Source of the DNA: Candidatus Nomurabacteria bacterium UBA5155
Lineage (GTDB): Bacteria; Patescibacteriota; Minisyncoccia; Phycocordibacterales; UBA9973
Assembly (NCBI GenBank): GCA_002413705.1
Contig: DHXN01000011.1
Span: 162-64,161, forward strand
DNA: 64,000 bases
Direction: 5' to 3'
How positions within the stretch are numbered: position 1 is the stretch's first letter; every line of letters starts with the position of its first letter. Shown in pieces: positions 59,884 to 64,000 of this stretch. A program made the position numbers and the translations under genes. The notes under the pieces are model-generated. The model saw nothing but the letters and a program-made list of their open reading frames with translations, did no database searches and was not told the DNA's origin.

Positions 59884-59918
59884 AAAAACTCTTTAGAAAA
59901 AATCTAAAGAGTTTTTTT
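59882..59918. terminator. Bidirectional terminator
   Basis: AAAAAAACTCTTTAGA-AAAAA-TCTAAAGAGTTTTTTT. Confidence 0.8.
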
Positions 59919-59920
59919 AT

Positions 59921-60319
59921 TTATGCAATGGAAGTGATTTTCACTTTGATATATGGCTGACGATGACCATTTTTCTTCATGTAGCGGCTTTTCTGCTTGT
60001 ATTTGATCACGATCACTTTTGGAGCGCGGCCGATAACAGTAACTTCACCTGATACGATCACTCCATCAAGGAATGGTGTGCCAATGTTGGTAGTAGCACC
60101 ATCGTCAGTAAGCAACACTTCATTGAAAGAAACAATGTCGCCTTTAGTGCGTTCTTCCTTGAACTTTTCGATAGTGATGATGTCACCTACTGCTACACGG
60201 TACTGTTTACCACCAGTTTTGATAACTGCAAACATACCTTCTGAAGTCTTTTTTGCCTTAGCTGGAGTCTTTTTTACTGCAGTCTTTGCTGCTGGGGATG
60301 TTTTTGCTGTTGTTGCCAT
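59921..60319 (-). CDS. rplU: 50S ribosomal protein L21 with a Lys/Ala-rich N-terminal extension
   Basis: FAVIKTGGKQYRV, GHRQPY. Confidence 0.95.
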   Translation of the reverse strand: MATTAKTSPAAKTAVKKTPAKAKKTSEGMFAVIKTGGKQYRVAVGDIITIEKFKEERTKGDIVSFNEVLLTDDGATTNIGTPFLDGVIVSGEVTVIGRAPKVIVIKYKQKSRYMKKNGHRQPYIKVKITSIA

Positions 60320-60357
60320 ATAAATATATTAGAACCACTAGTATACCGGTTTCTCGT

Positions 60358-60403
60358 GTTTTTGCAAGCACTTGCGGGCCAGCCCGCAAGTGCTTGCAAA
60401 AAC
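60358..60403. repeat. Perfect 22-bp inverted repeat with a 2-nt spacer
   Basis: GTTTTTGCAAGCACTTGCGGGC-CA-GCCCGCAAGTGCTTGCAAAAAC between divergent rplU and corA. Confidence 0.9.
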
Positions 60404-60459
60404 CAATCCAACAGCGCAACTGTCTTATGGGTTAAATGAAAAAGTGCTATAATACCGCC

Positions 60460-61377
60460 ATGATTTCTCGTTATACGTATCACGGCCTAGCCTGGATTGA
60501 CCTCGAATCTCCAAATCGGGAGGAAATTCTCCATATTAGCGAAGAATTCAGCCTTTCAAAATTAGTTGAGGAGGAAATGTTTTCCGGCACTCTTCGATCA
60601 AAAGTTGATCTCTATGACAAATTCATTTATCTGATATTACACTTCCCTGTTTTCAATAAAAACAGCAATTTACGCAGCGATCAGGAATTGGACTTCATCA
60701 TTGGCAAACATTTTATCATTACCGTTCGATATGAGGTTGTTGAGCCTATACAGGCCTTTGCCGCATTGTTTGAAAATGTCGAGAAACTTGATCAGCATCA
60801 AAAAATAGCTGATGCCGGTGTAATGTTTATGGAAATGATGAAGCATCTCTACAAGGCTTCTGCAAAAGAACTGGATGATATCACCAGCCGCATCCCAGAA
60901 ATCGAACACAATATTTTCAATAACAAAGAAGAAGCTATGGTCAAGATTATTTCACAGACCAATCGCAAGTTGTTGGATTTTAAACAAGCCATCCGCTTCC
61001 ACAAAGATATTTTGCATTCATATGAAATAGTTAGTAAGCGTTTTTTTGGTGAAGACTATACCTACTATGCTGGACTGATTACTTCTGAATTTAACAAGGT
61101 AAATAACGTTCTTGAAGGCCACCATGATTTGTTGAAAGAATTGCAGCGCACCAATGATTCGTTACTTTCTGCCAAGTCAAACGAAATATTGCGAACATTC
61201 ACTATCTTGGCATTTATCATGCTGCCACTGACTCTCATTACTGGTATCTTTAGCATGAATACTATTCCTGGGTTGGTATTCATTAAAAACATCGCCGATT
61301 TTTACATTGTTATTGGTGCCATGACGTTGACCGGCATTGTCATGTTCATATTTTTCCGCATGCGAAAATGGATTTAA
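60460..61377 (+). CDS. corA: CorA family divalent cation transporter
   Basis: WIDLESP, two C-terminal TMs, LITGIFSMN (GMN variant); TGCTATAAT-N6-ATG. Confidence 0.88.
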   Translation: MISRYTYHGLAWIDLESPNREEILHISEEFSLSKLVEEEMFSGTLRSKVDLYDKFIYLILHFPVFNKNSNLRSDQELDFIIGKHFIITVRYEVVEPIQAFAALFENVEKLDQHQKIADAGVMFMEMMKHLYKASAKELDDITSRIPEIEHNIFNNKEEAMVKIISQTNRKLLDFKQAIRFHKDILHSYEIVSKRFFGEDYTYYAGLITSEFNKVNNVLEGHHDLLKELQRTNDSLLSAKSNEILRTFTILAFIMLPLTLITGIFSMNTIPGLVFIKNIADFYIVIGAMTLTGIVMFIFFRMRKWI

Positions 61378-62757
61378 ATGTTTATGAAACTCTATAATAC
61401 CAAGTCACGCACAATTGAAGATTTTGTTCCCATCAATGACAAAGTAGTCACGATGTATGCTTGCGGCCCTACTGTTTACGGCTACACGCACATCGGGCAT
61501 ATGCGCAAGTATATTGGCGATGACGTTTTGCGTCGCACGCTGTCATTGCTAGGGTACGAAGTGAAGCATGTCATGAATGTCACTGATGTCGGACATCTCA
61601 CTGGCGACCGTGACGAGACTGGTGAGGACAAAATGGAGAAGGGTGCCAAGAAGGAGAGCAAAACTGTGTGGGACATCGCGCAATTTTATACCGACTACTT
61701 CAATAACACCATGAGCAAGGTCAATGTTTTGTCACCGACTATCCAAGCCAAAGCCACCGACCACATTGCTGAAATGATCACACTGAACGAGCAGCTCGCT
61801 GCAAAAGGATTTGCGTATGAGACTGATCAGGCACTGTATTTCGATACCAGCAAGGACAGTCGCTACGGCGAGTTGTCAGGCCAGAAACTGTCCGACAAGG
61901 AAGTAGCGGTTCGTGATGACGTCATTATTGACCCTCAAAAGAAACACCCTGCTGATTTCTCCCTTTGGTTTAAGCGTGTGGGAAAATTTGCCGATCATGC
62001 CATGTATTGGCCCAGTCCATGGGGCGACGGTTTTCCTGGTTGGCATATTGAATGCTCCGCCATGGCCATGCACTATCTCGGAGAAACGATTGATATTCAT
62101 ACTGGTGGCATCGACCATATCCCCGTTCATCATGAGAACGAGATTGCTCAAAGTGAATGCGCTACCGGACATGACTTCGTCCACTATTGGGTACACTATG
62201 ATTTCTTGCTGGTGAATGGCGAAAAGATGGCCAAGAGCAAGCAGAATTTTTATACCGTCGACGATATTGTTGCGCACAACATAGACCCTATCGCTACTCG
62301 ATTGATGTTCATGCAAACCAACTATCGCAAGCCATTGAACTTCACCTGGGAATCTCTTGACGCTGCCGATCAGCAATTGAAAAAACTACAGAAATTTGCA
62401 GCCCATCATGAAGCAATTGGCACGATATCAGATACATACAAAAATAGTTTTGCAGAAGGACTGTCTGACGATTTAAATACTGCTAAAGCGTTGGCAATTG
62501 TATGGGAGTTACTTGGAGACAATAGTGTGTCTGAAGCTGACAAATGGGCAACACTATTGTATTTCGATCAGGTATTAGGATTGGATTTGAATGGTATTGA
62601 AAAATTCAGCATTTCAGTAGAAGCCCAAAAACTTTTGGAGATGCGTGATACTGCCCGCGCAGAAAAGGATTTTACTCAATCTGACGAATTGCGTCGGCAA
62701 TTGGAAGGACTTGGGTATGAAGTACTGGACACCGCTACTGGTACGAAATTGCAATAG
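61378..62757 (+). CDS. cysS: Cysteine-tRNA ligase
   Basis: YACGPTVY, HIGH, PGWHIEC, HHENE, KMAKS. Confidence 0.96.
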   Translation: MFMKLYNTKSRTIEDFVPINDKVVTMYACGPTVYGYTHIGHMRKYIGDDVLRRTLSLLGYEVKHVMNVTDVGHLTGDRDETGEDKMEKGAKKESKTVWDIAQFYTDYFNNTMSKVNVLSPTIQAKATDHIAEMITLNEQLAAKGFAYETDQALYFDTSKDSRYGELSGQKLSDKEVAVRDDVIIDPQKKHPADFSLWFKRVGKFADHAMYWPSPWGDGFPGWHIECSAMAMHYLGETIDIHTGGIDHIPVHHENEIAQSECATGHDFVHYWVHYDFLLVNGEKMAKSKQNFYTVDDIVAHNIDPIATRLMFMQTNYRKPLNFTWESLDAADQQLKKLQKFAAHHEAIGTISDTYKNSFAEGLSDDLNTAKALAIVWELLGDNSVSEADKWATLLYFDQVLGLDLNGIEKFSISVEAQKLLEMRDTARAEKDFTQSDELRRQLEGLGYEVLDTATGTKLQ

Positions 62758-62781
62758 CTCTATCATTTTGTTCTTATGTTA

Positions 62782-64000
62782 CTAGTCGTTTTTCGGTTTC
62801 AAAAGTGGAAACAGCTGCGTTTCGCGAAGTGGCTTGTCTACCAGAAAGGCAAAGAATCGCTCGCCCATGCCAAATCCAAAGGCTGGCGGCATGCCATGCT
62901 CGAGCATTTCCACAAATTCGTCGTCAGACATCATGGCTTCCCCGTCTCCTTCCTCGATCAATTTCTTTTGTACTGCAAAACGCTCTGCCTGATCGATTGG
63001 ATCATTCAATTCAGAAAAACCATTACTACATTCTGCTCCAGCTAAAATAAGTTGCACGCGCTCCGTCAGAAGAGGATTTTCAGGTTTGGCTTTTGCGAGC
63101 GGCGAGACGAGCTTTGGAATATCCACCAGCCAGACAGGACCACTGATTTGCTTGCGGCAATATTTCCACAATGTATCCGTTAAACGCTCGCGATTGGTAC
63201 CTTCATAGGTCACGCCAAGTTCAGTCAGTTTTGACTTCATAGTATCTTCAGTGGCAGTCAAAACATCCAATCCGGTCATTTCTTTTATGGTTTCAACATA
63301 CGCAATACGTTTCCATGTTTCTTCTGAAAGATCAAACGTGTGTCCGCGTGTTGTAAACTGCAATGTCCCAAATGTTTCTTGAACAACTTTTTTAATCATG
63401 CGTTCTGTCAGTTCAATACCTTTGTTGTAGTCCATGTATGCGGCGTAAAATTCAATATTGGTGAATTCTTGCAAATGCTCCGGACTTGAACCTTCATTGC
63501 GATAGACACGGCCAATTTCAAACGTGCGGGGAAAGCCTGCTGCCAGCAAACGCTTCTGCCATAATTCTCCGACAGAGATGCGGAGGTACACATTCATGGC
63601 AAAGTCATTATGAAATGACTGAAATGGCCGAGCCTCCGCGCCGCCTGTGGTTACTTCCAATGTTGGTGTTTCCACTTCCAAAAATCCTTCAGTGATCAAA
63701 AAGTTTCTAATAGTCTGCCAAAATTTTGCTTTCTTGATAAAAAGATCTCGCAGATCAGTATTTTGCAAAATATCCAAATATCGTCGGCGATATCGCTCTT
63801 CATCATCTTTCAAGCCATACCATGCGTCAGGAATCGGTCGCAATGTCTTGGCAAGCATATTCCAACCACTGACAAAAATACTCTGCGCGCCACGCTGCGT
63901 CACATATGCGATACCGCTAATCTCTACAAAGTCACCGATATCCACTGTGTCATTGAAAAGCGTATATGCTTCTCCATCCATTTCATCGGCTTTCAAAAAA
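62782..64000 (-). CDS. lysS: Lysine-tRNA ligase class II (5' end beyond the window)
   Basis: RYRRRYLD, GGAEARPF, EIGRVYRNEG, FSELNDP, HGMPPAFGFGMG. Confidence 0.95.
   Translation of the reverse strand, partial: FLKADEMDGEAYTLFNDTVDIGDFVEISGIAYVTQRGAQSIFVSGWNMLAKTLRPIPDAWYGLKDDEERYRRRYLDILQNTDLRDLFIKKAKFWQTIRNFLITEGFLEVETPTLEVTTGGAEARPFQSFHNDFAMNVYLRISVGELWQKRLLAAGFPRTFEIGRVYRNEGSSPEHLQEFTNIEFYAAYMDYNKGIELTERMIKKVVQETFGTLQFTTRGHTFDLSEETWKRIAYVETIKEMTGLDVLTATEDTMKSKLTELGVTYEGTNRERLTDTLWKYCRKQISGPVWLVDIPKLVSPLAKAKPENPLLTERVQLILAGAECSNGFSELNDPIDQAERFAVQKKLIEEGDGEAMMSDDEFVEMLEHGMPPAFGFGMGERFFAFLVDKPLRETQLFPLLKPKND

Noticed and set aside
1-64000. CRISPR arrays, IS elements, rRNA, recoded stop codons
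   Set aside because: No repeat-spacer periodicity, transposase or rRNA seen; core genes are intact under the standard code, with TGA used as a stop.

Overview
Gene-dense, roughly 40-45% GC (by eye) chromosome segment that looks like Patescibacteria/CPR (Parcubacteria-like). This is inferred from the mostly SD-less starts, split transketolase cluster, MYG1, short RF1 and GAD-less AspRS. Most of it is housekeeping: obgE, gatB, gap, the non-oxidative pentose-phosphate cluster, rplY/rpmE/prfA/tRNA-Ile/rsmI, rplI/rpmA, lexA, aspS-scpAB-mraY-ftsW-murG, trpS, dnaB, recR, rplU, corA, cysS and lysS. The standout is at 38082-42306: an OmpR-type response regulator, an unannotated 35-aa ComX-like peptide ending ...FTPWAD, a membrane histidine kinase, and a fusion of a class II terpene cyclase (DLDDT) with a ComQ-like prenyltransferase. 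Together these form a candidate quorum-sensing system based on a prenylated and possibly cyclised tryptophan peptide. Other points: about 20 genes have (TGn)TAnnnT boxes 6-9 nt before the ATG (probable leaderless transcripts); a LexA-box-controlled pair of small amphipathic-tail proteins precedes lexA; an ECF sigma sits next to an FMN-binding/ApbE/DoxX flavinylation module; there is a DUF1653 gene remnant and a 46-bp perfect inverted repeat. No CRISPR array, IS or prophage was seen. All calls come from manual motif recognition; no searches were run.
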